From Octopus sinensis (taxonomy: Eukaryota), in contig NC_042997.1 in assembly GCF_006345805.1 (NCBI RefSeq), positions 48,732,001 through 48,796,000 of the forward strand: 64,000 bases of DNA, in the 5' to 3' direction. Shown piece by piece: positions 12,919 through 27,599 of the stretch (its first letter is position 1; every line of letters starts with the position of its first letter). The notes under the pieces are model-generated. The model did not search any database. It saw only the letters and a program-made list of their open reading frames with translations, and had not been told where the DNA came from. The position numbers were made by a program, and so were the translations under genes.

Positions 12919-13471
12919 AATCAATTACCTCGACCATTGACATCTTGAAATAAAACGTGATGGAAGAATAGAATTAAAATGGCGACGGAATGATAAAGTT
13001 TCATAAATTGTTTGGTTGGATGTCACGCTCGCAAGTAGCTTAATCTGTAAATACTTTTATTCTTTTGAACATAAATATTAAAACTGCTTCCCTACCATTC
13101 CTTAATGCTACAACACAAAATTGATCTGCAGACTGATAATGATGTTCATTTTTATTATATATATTTATTTATTTTTCAAATAAATTTTCTCTCTTTTAAT
13201 ATTAATCCTAATCTTTCTTAGAATAGAACGGAAGATTCCCTTTAACATAATTTTTCTCTACACTTCTTGTATGTTCTTCATTCTTGAAAGTCTTTATGCG
13301 TCCATTATCGAATATTTTAGAAGATATACTTTTATCCGTCTTCTTACTCGTGGGAAAATTAAATGATATCAAACAAATATTAATTCTAGAAATATGTTTA
13401 AAACCAGTCATCATATTTAAAGAAATATCATTAACCATATTTATCATTGTTATTATTATCATCATCATTTT

Positions 13472-13640
13472 GGCGAGCGGGTAGAATCGTCACCAGCCCT
13501 GGCAAAATTCTGCCGATGTCTATTTTCCTTTTCACCCTTTCGCTGGATCGATAAGTTCAGTACCAGTGGAACACTGAGGTCGATGCAATCACCTGGTCCT
13601 ACTCACCCAAAATTTCAGCTCTTGTGCTTTTAGTAGAAAT
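13472..13640 (+). mobile_element. Old family N SINE with the alternative aaaatttcag..cttgtgc..tagtagaaa tail
   Basis: ggcgagcgggtagaatcgt head; tcgataagttcagtaccagt...tgaggtcgatgcaatc core. Confidence 0.6.
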
Positions 13641-13645
13641 GATTA

Positions 13646-13677
<32 letters not shown>

Positions 13678-13680
13678 GTT

Positions 13681-13712
<32 letters not shown>

Positions 13713-13728
13713 GTTGTTATTATTATTA

Positions 13729-13764
<36 letters not shown>

Positions 13765-13789
13765 CATTATTATTATTATATTATTATTA

Positions 13790-13829
<40 letters not shown>
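13641..13829. repeat. Compound (ATT)n/(GTT)n microsatellite
   Basis: Direct inspection. Confidence 0.95.
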
Positions 13830-13831
<2 letters not shown>

Positions 13832-14390
13832 GCGCGTCAAGTGAAGTCCAATATCAAGACAATGCTGACTTGTTTCATAGATGCGAAGGGAACTGTCCAC
13901 GCAGAATTTGTTCCTCCGGGTCAAACTGTTAAGCAGACATTTTACTTGGCAGTTCTGAATCTTTTGCGAGACGCAGTGAGACGAAAACGTCCCGACCTGG
14001 GGCAAAATGGAGGTTTCATCACGACAATGCGTCTGCGCACACCGCCTTGGGTGTGAGAGCTTTTGACCAAAAATTGCATGACCCCGCTTACCCACCCTCC
14101 CTACTCGCCCGATCTTGCTCCCTGCGATTTTCTTTTCTTTTTTTTTTACTCCTCTGAATGAAAAAATGTTTTTAAGGAAAAAACTTTTGAAGATGTGGAA
14201 GTGGTGAAGAGAAAAGACGACGGCGACGATAAAGGCCTCATTTTACAAGATTTCCAGGACTGCTTCGAAAACGCGTCTGGACCGATGTATTACTTCAAAG
14301 GCAGAATATTGTGAAGGAAATAAAGATGTAAACGTATAAAACTAAGTGAACAAAATAATATTGCAAAATTCCAGGTTTTGTTAGAGCACC
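13832..14390 (+). pseudogene. 5'-truncated mariner transposase relic with right TIR
   Basis: KSNIKTMLTCFIDAKGTVHAEFVPPGQTV, HHDNASAHT, HPPYSPDLAPCDF, ending aaattccaggttttgttagagcaccc. Same family as 28806-29304. Confidence 0.85.
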
Positions 14391-14837
14391 CAATTAGATG
14401 ATGCATAAAGCAGAGTTCTTATGGAAGTTAATTGTTACATCTGTAAGAAGTTAATTCTTGCTCGTACAGATATCTTGTTGATTCATTAAATGACCTACCG
14501 CTTCTGTGATTTTAACACCATATCGTATACTAAATAAGGTCTTCTCTGTCGCTCTATCACAAAAACACACTCCCGTAGGAAGTGAATATGGTCAATGAAA
14601 TAGATTATTAAACTCAAACAATCAACCTCGGTAAAGTCATCTCATGCTAGATGGTTTGAATATAGCACATAGAAGTTTCTCACCTTGTATTCCTAATAAT
14701 AACCGTCATAAATATCGCGTATCATATAAATAACATTTTATACCATTACAGTTTATTTAAAGCATTAAGAACAGCGTCAACACATACATTCAAAAGACTA
14801 TATATATATAAAGAGAGAGTGAGAGAGAGAGAGAGAG

Positions 14838-15112
<275 letters not shown>

Positions 15113-15939
15113 AGATGTGTGTTTCTAAATAACAGAAAACAGAAAATATAATTTAGTCAAATAACGACACCATTCTAAATTGTAGTCTGAAGTATTATAG
15201 ATAAACTGTGATATCTATTTTCCACTGAGACCTACCGATCGTTACACATAGAAACCCATTCACACACACACACATGTGAATGTGTGAGTGCAAGTGTTCA
15301 TACGTGTATGTAAATATATTGTTTAGCTATAAATAAATATTTGTGCATCTGTGCGCGAGTGCATGTTTGTGTGTATGTGAATCTGCTTGAGTATGTATAT
15401 GTATGTAGATTGGATGTGATGTTTACCCACTCTTTCATTAGTGTGCGAGTGGCTGTGGTTATGTGTGAATGTATGTACGTGCGTATGTTGCTATATGTGT
15501 GTATTGTGTGCGTGTTTGTGGCTATGTGTGTGTGCATGTTTATGAGTGTAGTTTGTTTCCGTTGGATTACCTTTGTAAGAAATTTTAGATCTTTTTCCTA
15601 CAAGGCTTAGCTTAATCTTTTCATGTGAATCCAACACCAAGCATTGATCAACTGTTGAAAATCCATTATGATACAATAATCTCATTATAGAGCACCGAAA
15701 CAAAGATACAAACAATAGTAAAAATAAACATGTTGCATCGATTACTTATCGATTTTTTTCTTCTTTCATAAAATCACTTAAGGCAGAATGCGATTTTTCA
15801 TTATTGACGTTACTGGGAAAGAGGCTTGATCTGGTGGTGTGTCTTGACATGAAGAAAAACAGTGCTCTTCTGTTGATGATGATGATACTGATACTGATCT
15901 TGCTGCTACAACTACCTTCTCTATCACCACAACTATACT

Positions 15940-16000
15940 ACTACTAATAATAATAATAACAACAACAACAACACTAGTAATAATAATAATAATAATGGTG

Positions 16001-16034
<34 letters not shown>

Positions 16035-16117
16035 TAATAATAATAATGATAATGATAATAATGATAATGATAATAATAATGATGATAATAATAATAATGA
16101 TAATAATAATATAATAA

Positions 16118-16190
<73 letters not shown>
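15940..16190. repeat. (AAT/GAT)n microsatellite
   Basis: Direct inspection. Confidence 0.95.
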
Positions 16191-16191
<1 letters not shown>

Positions 16192-19100
16192 TTTCCCGTG
16201 TAGTTGTTGTAATGTATCAGTATCTTGCTGTGTTGTAGCGTATATGTTTCATAAGAAGGCAAGATAATGAGATTTGATAATATTAACTAACAGAAAATGG
16301 GAAAATCTTAATTGCACCAGTTAAAAGAATGAAGAACGAAATAATGATGGAAAAAATACAAAAAAAATATATACTTTAAAAAACATTAATGCCTGAAATA
16401 AGAAAAGGAAGCAAAAGTAGAAATGAGATATAATTTCTGGAGAATAATAAATATGCTAAAACAATTACGTTGAACTCAGAAAAAAATGGAACTCAATACA
16501 AGAATATTTTTTTTTCGTGTGGCCTGAGTAAACTGTGTGAGAAATGGCTCGTATGTCAAGCTTATAGGAAAACTGAAAGGCTGTGCAGAACAAGTGTTAT
16601 AAAACAAATATGCAATATCCAAAGAAATATATCCATTTGAATCCTGCTACTACAGTTGGTGTTGCAGTTGTTCTTAATTTGTGATTGTTGTTGTTTGGGT
16701 TTGTTCAGAGTCGTTAATCTTATTTTCATAATTTTGCTTTATTTTATTTTATGTTTTTGTCGTTCTTTCTGGTTTGTGTTTAGTAGTGTGTCAATCCATG
16801 CTGATGGTTCCTGTAACATGCATTCTCTTTCCTTCTTCCTCTCAGAAGACACCGCTTGCCCTTTCAATTTTCACTCAACCTTTACACCTTTTCTAAAGAA
16901 TAGGATGCTACGAGTGGTCTCTTATGTCCTTTCTCTTAATTAGAAATATAGCCACTTCCACAGAGAGATGGAGAAAAACAGAGTGAGGAATCTACCGTGA
17001 ATGGATGTAAAGTAAATTTAATCTCGGTAGGATTTCAATTAAGAACACAAAGATGCAATACTGCACAGTTTTATATCCTCCATTCTTATAAATCTAGCAT
17101 TTCAATGATTTTCTTCATTATGAATTATTTTTATTATAATTACAGTTGCTTACCTGTCGTTGCTCAGTTTTCGATGATTTCTATCTTCATTATACACATC
17201 AGTAAGTGCTCGGTTTGCTAGAGATAGCAACTAAATATCTTTTAAGATCCTGTCACGTTAGAAATAAATTATACACGAAGACACGCAATTCTGGTTTTCT
17301 TACTATCGCGTTGTGACAATATCTTCGGAACTTTTTTAAGCAATCTCAGTGACTATAATATGGTTTCAGTTGATACGTATATTATCATCTTGTGTTACTC
17401 TGAGTAATTTTACATTTTGCTTCGACGCCGATGTTTTTTTTTAATTTTAATCAGCGGTGTGATGGGAAGCTAACTTATTTATGCATATATATAATACAAG
17501 CTTCTGAGCATTTTGTCCCTACCAAATTCCACTCACAAGATATTGTTCATCGCAGGGCTATAGTTGAAGACATTTTCTAACGTATCGCGCAGTCAGAATA
17601 GACCAGGTCCCAGGTGCCTGCGAAGCAAAATCCTCTCCTGCACTGTCATACCTTTGCACTATGTTTTAAACAATAAATTTTCTGGCTGGAAAACATTTTA
17701 TTATAAGGGATGGCCAATGTTTAAAAAATCGATATTAATACACCCAATTGAATCGATCAGTACATTTGAACAATTAGCGCCGATTTCAAAATGCATGTTT
17801 GTTGAACAATCACTTCTTTTTCCTTATGAATCTGAGCTTCAAAACTATCTATGAACTAAGTATTTGATTCTGATTGTTGTGTGAATTGTAAAACAATATA
17901 GAAGCTACTCATTAATAAATTTTTATGAGTCCAAATTTTCCTGTATCTGAAATGTTTCTCAGAGGGTCATTTATAGAATGCAAATTCTTAATTGCCCTTA
18001 ATAATACAAGGGTATTTAGCATTGTGAAATTAAATCAATACATTATTTTGCAGTTTCATGTTAAGAAGCTATGAAATACTTAATGAATGAGCTTTTATGT
18101 GCTTGCACATTCGGTAAGAAATAGTAGAAGTCACACATCGTTATGTGGCGCATTTGATAATGTAGTTGAAATATATCCTCTGGAAAAAGATCGGATAGTT
18201 TTGTTTTTGGGGTTTTTTTTTCCTTTTTTTTAATCTCTTTCGTAGCTCTTCGCCAACACGGCTCACTTGGGAGTAATAGCCATCTGGTTCAGTATAAATT
18301 TAGAAAGTACCGTTATTTGGCAGATAAAAATGTCTATACTTTGTTAAAATGTATGCGTTACTATTAAGCTAACGTGTCTTCGAAGTCTTCAAAACTATGC
18401 ACGTAAAATATGATCGAATGTTGTCGTAATGAATATTCTAAGCAGTTGTTTGAGACATGTGTGAGTCCAAGGACACAGAAACAATGGACATTTTGTCATA
18501 GATAATAACATAAATTACTCTTATAATAGTTTGTTCGTCAAAATTTTTAATATAATTCTTCAAACGCATAATTTTAAAAACTCCGGAGGAACTTCGGCTC
18601 ATATTCTTCAATAAGGCCTCATGATAAATATTATGATTTTATGCCCTCAGTAGCTATTAATTAGCTATTATAAACCTAATTATAAATTGCAAGGCAATAG
18701 ACAGTGTTTTCGTATTTTTGGATCGTCGTATATTTCGCCAGAATCGATTTTACTTCTGTCTTAGAGTTACTATTAACACATATAAGGTACAAAAGATTAA
18801 CATATTATAATTTGAAATATACAGCGAGGATAAAAAGCCAAAATGAATTTCACCACATTATTTAAATAATTTCTGCAAGTACTGGAGATAATTCTAGACG
18901 TAACATAATAACAATAGATTTTCTCAGAAAACTACCGAAGTAGTTATTAGTGAGGGAATCAAAATGTAGTTGTAGAACGTATAAATGTAGACATGAAAAT
19001 GTAACATATTTAAAAAGTAATTAACCTCAGTGATTTCTTTAGTTTAATTTTACTTAACTACTCAAGCTTAAATGCATTTAATTGCCACTTAACTCTATAC

Positions 19101-19619
19101 AGCATACATCATGCGTGCACTAGGAGTGGTTCCATCGATTTTAGTCCTTCTGTAAAATCACTGCTTACTAAAATGCAGGCTAAATGTGAGTTGCAGACGT
19201 AACCTGGCTTCGATTATGATACTATTAAAGACAATGAATTCATTGGCTGCAAATTTCTATCCCCAAAGTCATTACGTAATAACGGCCATTACGTGATAAC
19301 ATGTTTAGTTGAGATGCCTACCAAAATTACTTTCTCTCCCAATCTATTTTCCCTGTATATATAAATATATATATACATAGGGTTTACTGGGATGACCTGA
19401 TATATATATATATATATATATATGCATATACAGTAGACCTCGACTATCGCAGGAGTTGCGTTCCAAACTCCACTGTGATAAGTGAAAATACCTGAAATAG
19501 AAAGAGTACTGTATATTTTTTACTTATTTTTATAAATGGTATATATTTATTTTACTATAAATGCGAAACAACCCCACGGAGGAATCGACGTAAGCTTAAA
19601 AATAAAGCGGGATAGGTGA

Positions 19620-19671
<52 letters not shown>

Positions 19672-19672
19672 G

Positions 19673-19731
<59 letters not shown>

Positions 19732-19735
<4 letters not shown>

Positions 19736-20026
19736 CAATGGCCCAGTGGTTAGGGCAGCGAACTCGCGGTCGGAGGATCGCGGTTTCGATTCCTAGACCG
19801 GGCGTTGTGTGTGTTTATTGAGCGAAAACACCTAAAAGCTCCACGAGGCTCCGGCAGAGGGTGGTGATTCCTGCTGTACTCTTTCACCACTCTTTCTCTC
19901 ACTCTTTTTTCTGTTGGCCTGCTCGCTTAGCCAGCGGGGTGGCGTCATTCGAAGGCTAAAACAATGCGAAGTGTATTGTGACCAGCGATGTGTAGCAACA
20001 TCTGATGGTCTGGTTGGTCACGTCAT

Positions 20027-20034
<8 letters not shown>
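19732..20034 (+). mobile_element. tRNA-derived SINE family T, tail type A
   Basis: ggcgcaatggcccagtggttagggcagcg (A box), ggtttcgattcc (B box), ctaaaagctccacgaggctccggc body. Confidence 0.85.
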
Positions 20035-20095
<61 letters not shown>

Positions 20096-20252
20096 ATGCA
20101 TTAATAACTTAAGGTATCTAAGAGGTATCACCACGGGTATATATTTATTTCATATCACACGAGGAGTTTTAGGCGGGCAATTTAAACTGGTCGTGTATAT
20201 GCATGCATCTATATGTATGTATATGTTCGTACATGTAAGTATTCGTATGTTG

Positions 20253-20283
<31 letters not shown>

Positions 20284-20371
20284 AGACCATTTCTTATGCA
20301 GAGCTAGAAATATATATATATACATACATACATATATATATATATATACATACATACATATATATATATTG

Positions 20372-20764
20372 TATAATGGAATGGAAGCACTCCGTCGGTT
20401 ACGACGATGAGGGTTCCGGTTGATCCGAATCAACGGAACAGCCTGCTCGTGAAATTAACGTGTAAGTGGCTGAGCACTCCACAGACACGTGTACCCTTAA
20501 CGTAGTTCTCAGGGATATTCAGCGTGACACAGGGAGTGACAAGGCCGGTCCCTTGAAATACAGGTACAACAGAAACAGGAAGTAAGAGTGAGAGAAAGTT
20601 GTGGTGAAAGAGTACAGCAGGGATCACCACCATCCCCTGCCGGAGCCTCGTGGAGCTTTAGGTGTTTTCGCTCAATAAACACTCACAATGCCCGGTCTGG
20701 GAATCGAAACCGCGATCCTATGACCGCGAGTCCGCTGCCCTAACCACTGGGCCATTGCGCCTCC
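20372..20764 (-). mobile_element. tRNA-derived SINE family T, tail type B
   Basis: Same head and body as 19732 for about 170 bp, then an unrelated 3' region. Confidence 0.85.
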
Positions 20765-20791
20765 ACATATTGTATAAAGGATCATGGGTAA

Positions 20792-21024
20792 TGCCAGAAC
20801 AATGCGAAGTAAATGCAAGGCAAATCACAAGAAACAAATATGTCAATTAATGTAGACTTATCTTGTATTCAATATTTCGGGGTTATGATCCCATCTTCAA
20901 GAAATTAACGTTCTTGAAAATGGGGTCACAACCCCGAAATATTGAATGCAAGGTAAGTCTGCATTAATTCATATATATTTGTTTCTTGTGATTTGCCTTG
21001 CATTTACTTCACTCTGTTCTGGCA
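20792..21024. repeat. Fold-back inverted repeat, about 112-bp arms, 7-nt loop
   Basis: 20792-20903 vs 20911-21024, roughly 90% complementary. Confidence 0.9.
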
Positions 21025-21180
21025 CTTTATTCCTTTATTCAATGTAGTCTACGCAATGCTACAAAGTAATATATATCACTTAATGTACGCAGTATAAAGG
21101 CGTGAGACTGCAAAAGATTCCTGTATTAGAGACGTAGATTTTTTTCCTAAAAGACGTTGTGTCTCCAAGCAATTTCAGAG

Positions 21181-21572
21181 TTTACTCTTTTACTTGTTTC
21201 AGTCATTTGACTGCGGCCATACCTTTAGTCGAGCAAATCGACCCCGGGACTTATTCTTTGTAAGCCCAGTACTTATTCTATCGGTCTCTTTTGCCGAACC
21301 GCTAAGTGATGGGCACGTAAACACAACAGCATCGGTTGTCAAGCAATGCTAGGGGAACAAACACAGACACACAAACAAACACACACATACATATATATAT
21401 ACATATATACGACAGGCTTCTTTCAGTTTCCGTCTACCAAATCCACTCACAAGGCATTGGTCGGCCCGGGGCTATAGCAGAAGACACTTGCCCAAGATGC
21501 CACGCAGTGGGACTGAACCCGCAACCATGTGGTTGGTAAGCAAGCTACTTACCACACAGCCACTCCTGCGCC
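21181..21572 (-). mobile_element. CORE-like SINE family C with internal (CA/TA)n
   Basis: Minus-strand head ggcgcaggagtggctgtgtggtaag, gcatcttgggcaagtgtcttc core, and gactgaaacaagtaaaaga tail. Confidence 0.9.
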
Positions 21573-22559
21573 AGTTTGTGCACATAGTGTATTCAAATTA
21601 CAAAATTGAACGAGAAGGTGGATGCAAAAAGTGAAAGCGTCAATATATGTATATATCTCCTTTCCGCTACAAATTTTCGACCCACAAATATTGTCTTGAA
21701 TTACATTGATCAGGAGACTGCTCGGTCGTTTCTTATTTGAGGTTAAATAATAAAACCACCACTTTTCTTCTTCTTTTATTAATATCAGCGTTGGCACAGT
21801 TCTTGTGGCTTCAACATTTCAACACCCTAATGTTCCAAAATAATACCATGATGTAATAGTACTACTTGGAGTGGATGTACTAGAATTATTCCGCTGAAAC
21901 ACGGGTAATTTTTTTAGGAAAGAGGAAATGACAGTTCTGACCTTCACACACACACTTCTTTCCAAAACCTCTGTTGACATAGGTAATGTCTAAATCGGAA
22001 ACGTAAATAGCTTTAACCGGAAAAATCAACAGAACGTGCTCTGTAACCATAGAACAACGTATCTCCTCCCACAATTACTACAAAAATATTTACAAAGCTC
22101 GTATTAACATTCCTCTGGTAAAAGTGGGAAAATTAGCTATAAATAAATTTTTGCTTTTCAAAGTATAAACTAAACTATCATGCAAGGAGCGCTTAGTGAC
22201 TTCGGGATTTCCTAATATTTAGAAAGTTGACAATCTTTATAGAAAGTCATATATTTCTACCTGTAAGTTGGTTTCAATATGATTAAATCAAATTATGATG
22301 TCACAATTTTATTTGGTTTTGCTTCCGTTTTTATAATTCTTTTTTTATAAATTTGCGAGAGAAGGATAGGAAATATATATGATATTTAAAGGCCATCACA
22401 TACAGTGGGAATGCTGAGCATGTTCAGCCTGAATATTTGTAGATCAACTTTTACTTGAAAAGCGTGGGTACATGTGAAGCTTTAGAGGGTTACAATCTTA
22501 CGGAGGAAAATGTTAAAGATATATTAGCTTCAACTTTTGATACAACGACAGCAATATCA

Positions 22560-22730
22560 GGGAAGAGGTTAAGTCGATTACATCAATCCCATTGCTCGAC
22601 TGTTACTTATTTCCTCTACCCCGTAGAATGAAAGGCAAATATGGCAATCGGCAGAGTTTGAACTCGGAGCATAAAGGCGAAGGAAATGACGCTAAGCTTT
22701 TTGCTCGGCGTGACAGTTCGCCGCCTAAGA
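22560..22730 (-). mobile_element. Degenerate family N SINE
   Basis: aagtcgattacatcaatccc...tgaaaggcaaa...tttgaactc...acagttcgccgcc. Confidence 0.6.
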
Positions 22731-24899
22731 GAAAATGTAATATATTTGAGGTGACTGGCTGATAACGCGCGGGGATTTGAAAAGTTAATCGGCTGGCAAG
22801 ATCAGAAGAGAAAAAGAAAATATTGTAGATGTAGAATAGGTAAATATAGTATAAAGTACATCTGCTAGAGAGTTGTTGGTGAGACCATTGAGAAAGGAGT
22901 GCGCGGCGTGAATATTTCCTTTCATATTTGCATTTCTTCTACATACATGGAATAGTTCTTGTGACAAAGAATGCTAAATCACCATGAGTAAGTATCGTTT
23001 TGGTAAATGTAAATGGTCACTCAATAGTTGTTATTAGGAAGACTTTAGACAAGTATTCAAAGATAGTTAAAGTTTTCAAGAGAAACGAAGTTCGGAATAG
23101 TTATTATCTTAGATTCACCCTTATAGTAAAACCAATGAAAATTTGTAGCATATGAAATATAAAATCTCTCCTCAATATTCGTTTAAAAACTTCCTGAACA
23201 AGTTGTTGGTATATTCATGCTAGATAACTGTTCATATGTACTACACTATTCTTTTAAGAATATTTCAATGAAATAATTAAAAATGTAATGGCAGATACGA
23301 TAGAAGCAGTGTGATTAATTCACTCTATAATTTTATCACCATAAATATTGCTAATAGCTTATGTTGCATATGTCGCATTCATACATACACATAGACACTC
23401 ACATGTGTGTGTGTGGGGGGGGGGTAGTTTTGTGAGTGTTTGCTTTTGAAAAACGGGCTTGCGTACTCAATATATGATGTGGAGCGTGTATTATTTATTA
23501 AAGCTGAAACAACTCTTGGTTACATTCACAGATTATTCTGGGAAAGCATTCTAAATACATCACATATCTATTTAATACTTATATGCAGAGCGCATGGTAT
23601 TAGTGATGTGAAAGAATATGTGACGTCTTCGTGTCTTCAGTATGATATGTATAAAACATTCTCAAGCCAGGGATGAGTTAACGAAAAACGATTTACTGGT
23701 AATGAATTGCGTGTTATTTATATTGACATTATTCAGGTATGATAAATCAATAGCGTAAGAAATAAACTATTTTAGCAATTAAGGACGTTGCGAGAATTCT
23801 TCAATAAATAGTGATTGAAATGTCTTCAAGAATTTATTAATTTTGATCTTTTATTAAAAATTATAAAAGGTTATACTTCTCGATGCTGAGATTAAGCCTG
23901 CTGGCTCAATTATTGAAGGAAGACATTTGTTCTATAACAGTCGCATCAATTTTATACTGTTAGATATATTTACAGAGTGAAGTGGCGATGCGTCTTTCTA
24001 AGTGTCTGAATGTACACTTATGCTGCAAGAAATTTTTTCAGGATATTTTTCTTGAGAAAATCCGACATAGCTCTAATTAATTGTTATCTGCACGGGAAAC
24101 ATTTGCTTCATAAAACAATATTTTAGAAGAACTCATACTGTAGAAAAGACACATATTGAGAATTTTCCACTTCAGCAGAGCAGAAATTTTTGCACATTCG
24201 CACTACAAATATTTGTTCGGTATCCATTACGTTTGGTAGCAGTGAAGTTATAGTGCAACCGGCGCTCATCTTAGTACTTATTTTTACATTAACCATTTGT
24301 GAGTAATCGGTAAAATGAGATTCGGAGTTATGATTCAAAAATTAGCTTTCAATGATATATATACTCTTTATTTTATGCATTAAAGTCTTCTTTCTGTTTG
24401 CAAACACATATTTATCAATTTATATATTGCTGCTTATCATGCCGACCACTGTTCACAAAATTTGTATAAAAAGTCGAATATAGAACAGTAGCCACTGAAG
24501 ATTTCTGCAGAGAATATAATGAAATCATCCATCTTCTCCACCCACTATTCCAGAGTGGGCTGTAGGGGTAATGTCATCAGACACCTCCATCGTACTGACC
24601 TACCAGAAGCAATCTTCATTACAATTTCTTCCTGGATTCATAAGTGAAACTAACTAAGACTATGGATATTTACCAACCATCTCATTCCTAGTCTACTCCT
24701 AGATCTCCTGATAATGATTCAGCTTGAAGAATCCGTCTTCCGATTCTTTCATGCGAAATTCTTATTTCATTCGTATTTCATGTTATGTATTTTCACTGAA
24801 TCGTGTTATTTTCTTCCAGTTTCAACATCCATATATATGTGCTTGTGTGTGTGTGTATGTGTTTGTGTATATACGTATTCGAGCGCGCGCGTTTGTGTA

Positions 24900-24944
<45 letters not shown>

Positions 24945-25152
24945 ATGTGTTTGTGTGTGCGTTTGTGGGTTGTACTTCATTCCTCCGATTTTTTTACGCA
25001 GCTCAGCGGGGAGAGTTACTTTTTCCAGAATTGCAATAGTCCGGGACTAACAATTTCTTATTTGTCGGTTCTTGGTAGCGTTCAACGATAGAAAACTGCC
25101 CAGTCTAGCTGGTACAGGAAATGAACAATAAAAATGTGTATGTATATATGTA

Positions 25153-26220
25153 TAAATTAATAAATAAATAAAACATATGCATATATGCATACATATATGT
25201 ACGTACCTACCTCTACATGTATATATACATGCATATATGGGTACAGGACACCAAAAAAACGTCGAACAAAATGGGAAACGAAAACATAAACACAAAACCA
25301 AGGAAATGGACATTTTTTTAAAACAACGAAAAAATAGAGTACAGGACATACAAAACAAGGAAAATTCCCCTTCTTCAGTCGCCTTAATTTCATCTACTCC
25401 ACGTTTCGAAGGTCAAGGCAATACATGACTTAAATGAAAATTTCCTTCACGCGAAAATCAAATTAAATAAAATTTGAGATTTTTTTGCGGAGGGGTAAAA
25501 ATGGTAACAAAAACAGGACAGTAACGACAGTACAAAATATAAACAGTAAAAGACAGGACACGGAGAATAACAGTAACACAAACAAGAAGGGCTGTTAAGC
25601 CAAACGAGATAAAAAAATTTTACGAACGCTATTGTTTGAGAACGGCAGAGAGCAACAGATATTACCGTCTCTACGTGAAGGAGGCCAGGAGAAGAAAGGC
25701 AGAAATAGCCATCTCATCACGTGACCGCGACGGGAGGGAGGAGGAGGAGTAAAAGAAAGGGAGAGAAAAAAATGGAATGGTTGTAGAGAAAAGAATGAAG
25801 AATGAGAGAGAGAGGGAGTGACAGTAAGGTAGAAGAAAAAGAAAGCCAAAAGAATGAAGGCTGAGAAAGGGAGGGGAGAGAAAGGTTAAGAGTGCGCATC
25901 ATTATTAATATTAAGAACAATCTTACTTAGAAATGGATGCGTGCGTTCCGTCATGTAATAAATTAATAAATAAATAAAACATATGCATACGTTGTTTTAA
26001 AAAAATGTCCATTTCCTTGGTTTTGTGTTTGTTTTCGTTTCTCATTGTGTTCGACGTTTTTTTGGTGTCCTGTACCCATATATATATATATGCATGTATA
26101 TATACATGTAGAGGTAGGTACGTACATATATGTATGTATATATGCATGTTTTATTTATTTATTTATTTATTATGTGACGGAACGCACGCATCCATTTCTA
26201 AGTAAGATTGTTCTTAATAT
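25153..26220. repeat. Nested inverted duplication (Penelope-like terminal repeat architecture)
   Basis: 25153-25330 and 25905-25990 are each reverse-complementary to parts of 25990-26220. Confidence 0.85.
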
Positions 26221-26230
26221 ATATATATAT

Positions 26231-26266
<36 letters not shown>

Positions 26267-26290
26267 GTGTGAGTGATTGTGTATAGAAGA

Positions 26291-26624
26291 ATATATTAAT
26301 AAAAAGAATTCCAACCTTGTCTGATTTTCACGTTTTATTTACAATCTTATAATGATATATTATAAGATAATATATTATAATTGAATAAAATAAAATGAAA
26401 TAGTAGAATGTCAAAAATTGTGAAGCATGACTGTCAACACTACTACATGAACCCGAAGATTGCAGAATTCAATGCATGAAAGTACTAGTTCAATCAGAAT
26501 GAACATTTAACATTCTACTATTTCATTTTATTTTATTCAATTATAATATATTATCTTATAATATATCATTATAAGATTGTAAATAAAACGTGAAAATCAG
26601 ACAAGGTTGGAATTCTTTTTATTA

Positions 26625-26630
<6 letters not shown>
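26291..26630. repeat. Perfect 121-bp inverted repeat with 98-bp spacer
   Basis: 26291-26411 is the exact reverse complement of 26510-26630. Confidence 0.95.
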
Positions 26631-26656
<26 letters not shown>

Positions 26657-26754
26657 GTGTGTGTGTGTGTGTGTATGTATATATATATGTATGAGTATAT
26701 GTAAATGTAGTATATGTGTATATATATATGTGTGTGTGTGTGTACACACTCACG

Positions 26755-27135
26755 CACACACGGCAAGAAGCTTCCTTCCCAACCACATGGTTCCGAGTTC
26801 AGTCCCACAGCGTGGCACCTTGGGCGCCCGGCCAAACCTTTGAGAGTAGATTCGGTAGACGGAAACTGAAAGAAGCCCGTTGTATATGTCTGTGTATGCT
26901 TTTGTGCGTGCGTGTATGTGTGTATGCTTGTGTGTTTGTGTTTGTCCCTCACGATCGATTGACAACCGATGCTGGTGTGTTTACGTCCGCAGCAACTTAG
27001 TGATTCGGCAATAGAGACGTTAGCATACGTACTAGGCTTACAAAGAATAAGTCCTAGAGTCAATTTGTTCGTCTAAAGGCGGTGCTTCAGTATGGCCGCA
27101 GTCAAATGACTGAAACAAGTTAAAGAATAAAATAA
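26755..27135 (+). mobile_element. Family C SINE with internal deletion
   Basis: ccacatggttccgagttcagtccc...cgtggcaccttggg...ggtagacggaaactgaaagaagccc...gactgaaacaag. Confidence 0.85.
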
Positions 27136-27313
27136 TATGAGAGAATATGCTTGCTTGCGCGTATGTGCTTTTTTTTTTGTCAATGAAAATGCATGCATTT
27201 CAGACTAATCGTGAACAATCATTTGGAAAAACAGGGTCAAATACGTAATCATTTATTGCAAACCTAGCTACTCACTTTGTAGGTTATGTCTGGGAAAAAA
27301 AAATCAAATCGAC

Positions 27314-27530
27314 ATGAGCCTGTCCAAAGAATGGAATAGGAAATTCGTTTACCAAGATAAATACATCACTGTCAGTTACCCACTGGTACGAAATATCAAA
27401 GTAGACGCCAAACTAAGGCACAAGATTGAAGTTAAGAGTAACTTGAGAAGAATGAACGTTGACACACTTAGCGGAAACTGCGTACATTCGGGAAGAAGTC
27501 TGAGTGAAAGGCATACGCCTTTGATTGTAT
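27314..27530 (+). pseudogene. Possible Penelope GIY-YIG region relic
   Basis: ...NIKVDAKLRHK...CVHSGRSLSERH loosely resembles YIGxTGRSLxxRxxEH; weak. Confidence 0.25.
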
Positions 27531-27599
27531 GTTTAGTAACGTTATTTATAGGTAGGTATTAATCTCTGATCGGAGGACAACATGCTATGATGAAAATGA

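Noticed and set aside
24705-24770. Hairpin followed by GAAA in a possible Penelope remnant
   Set aside because: No correctly placed CUGANGA or stem I.
25370-25450. ctgaaga and gaaacgt on the minus strand
   Set aside because: Wrong order and spacing; they cannot be folded into one hammerhead.
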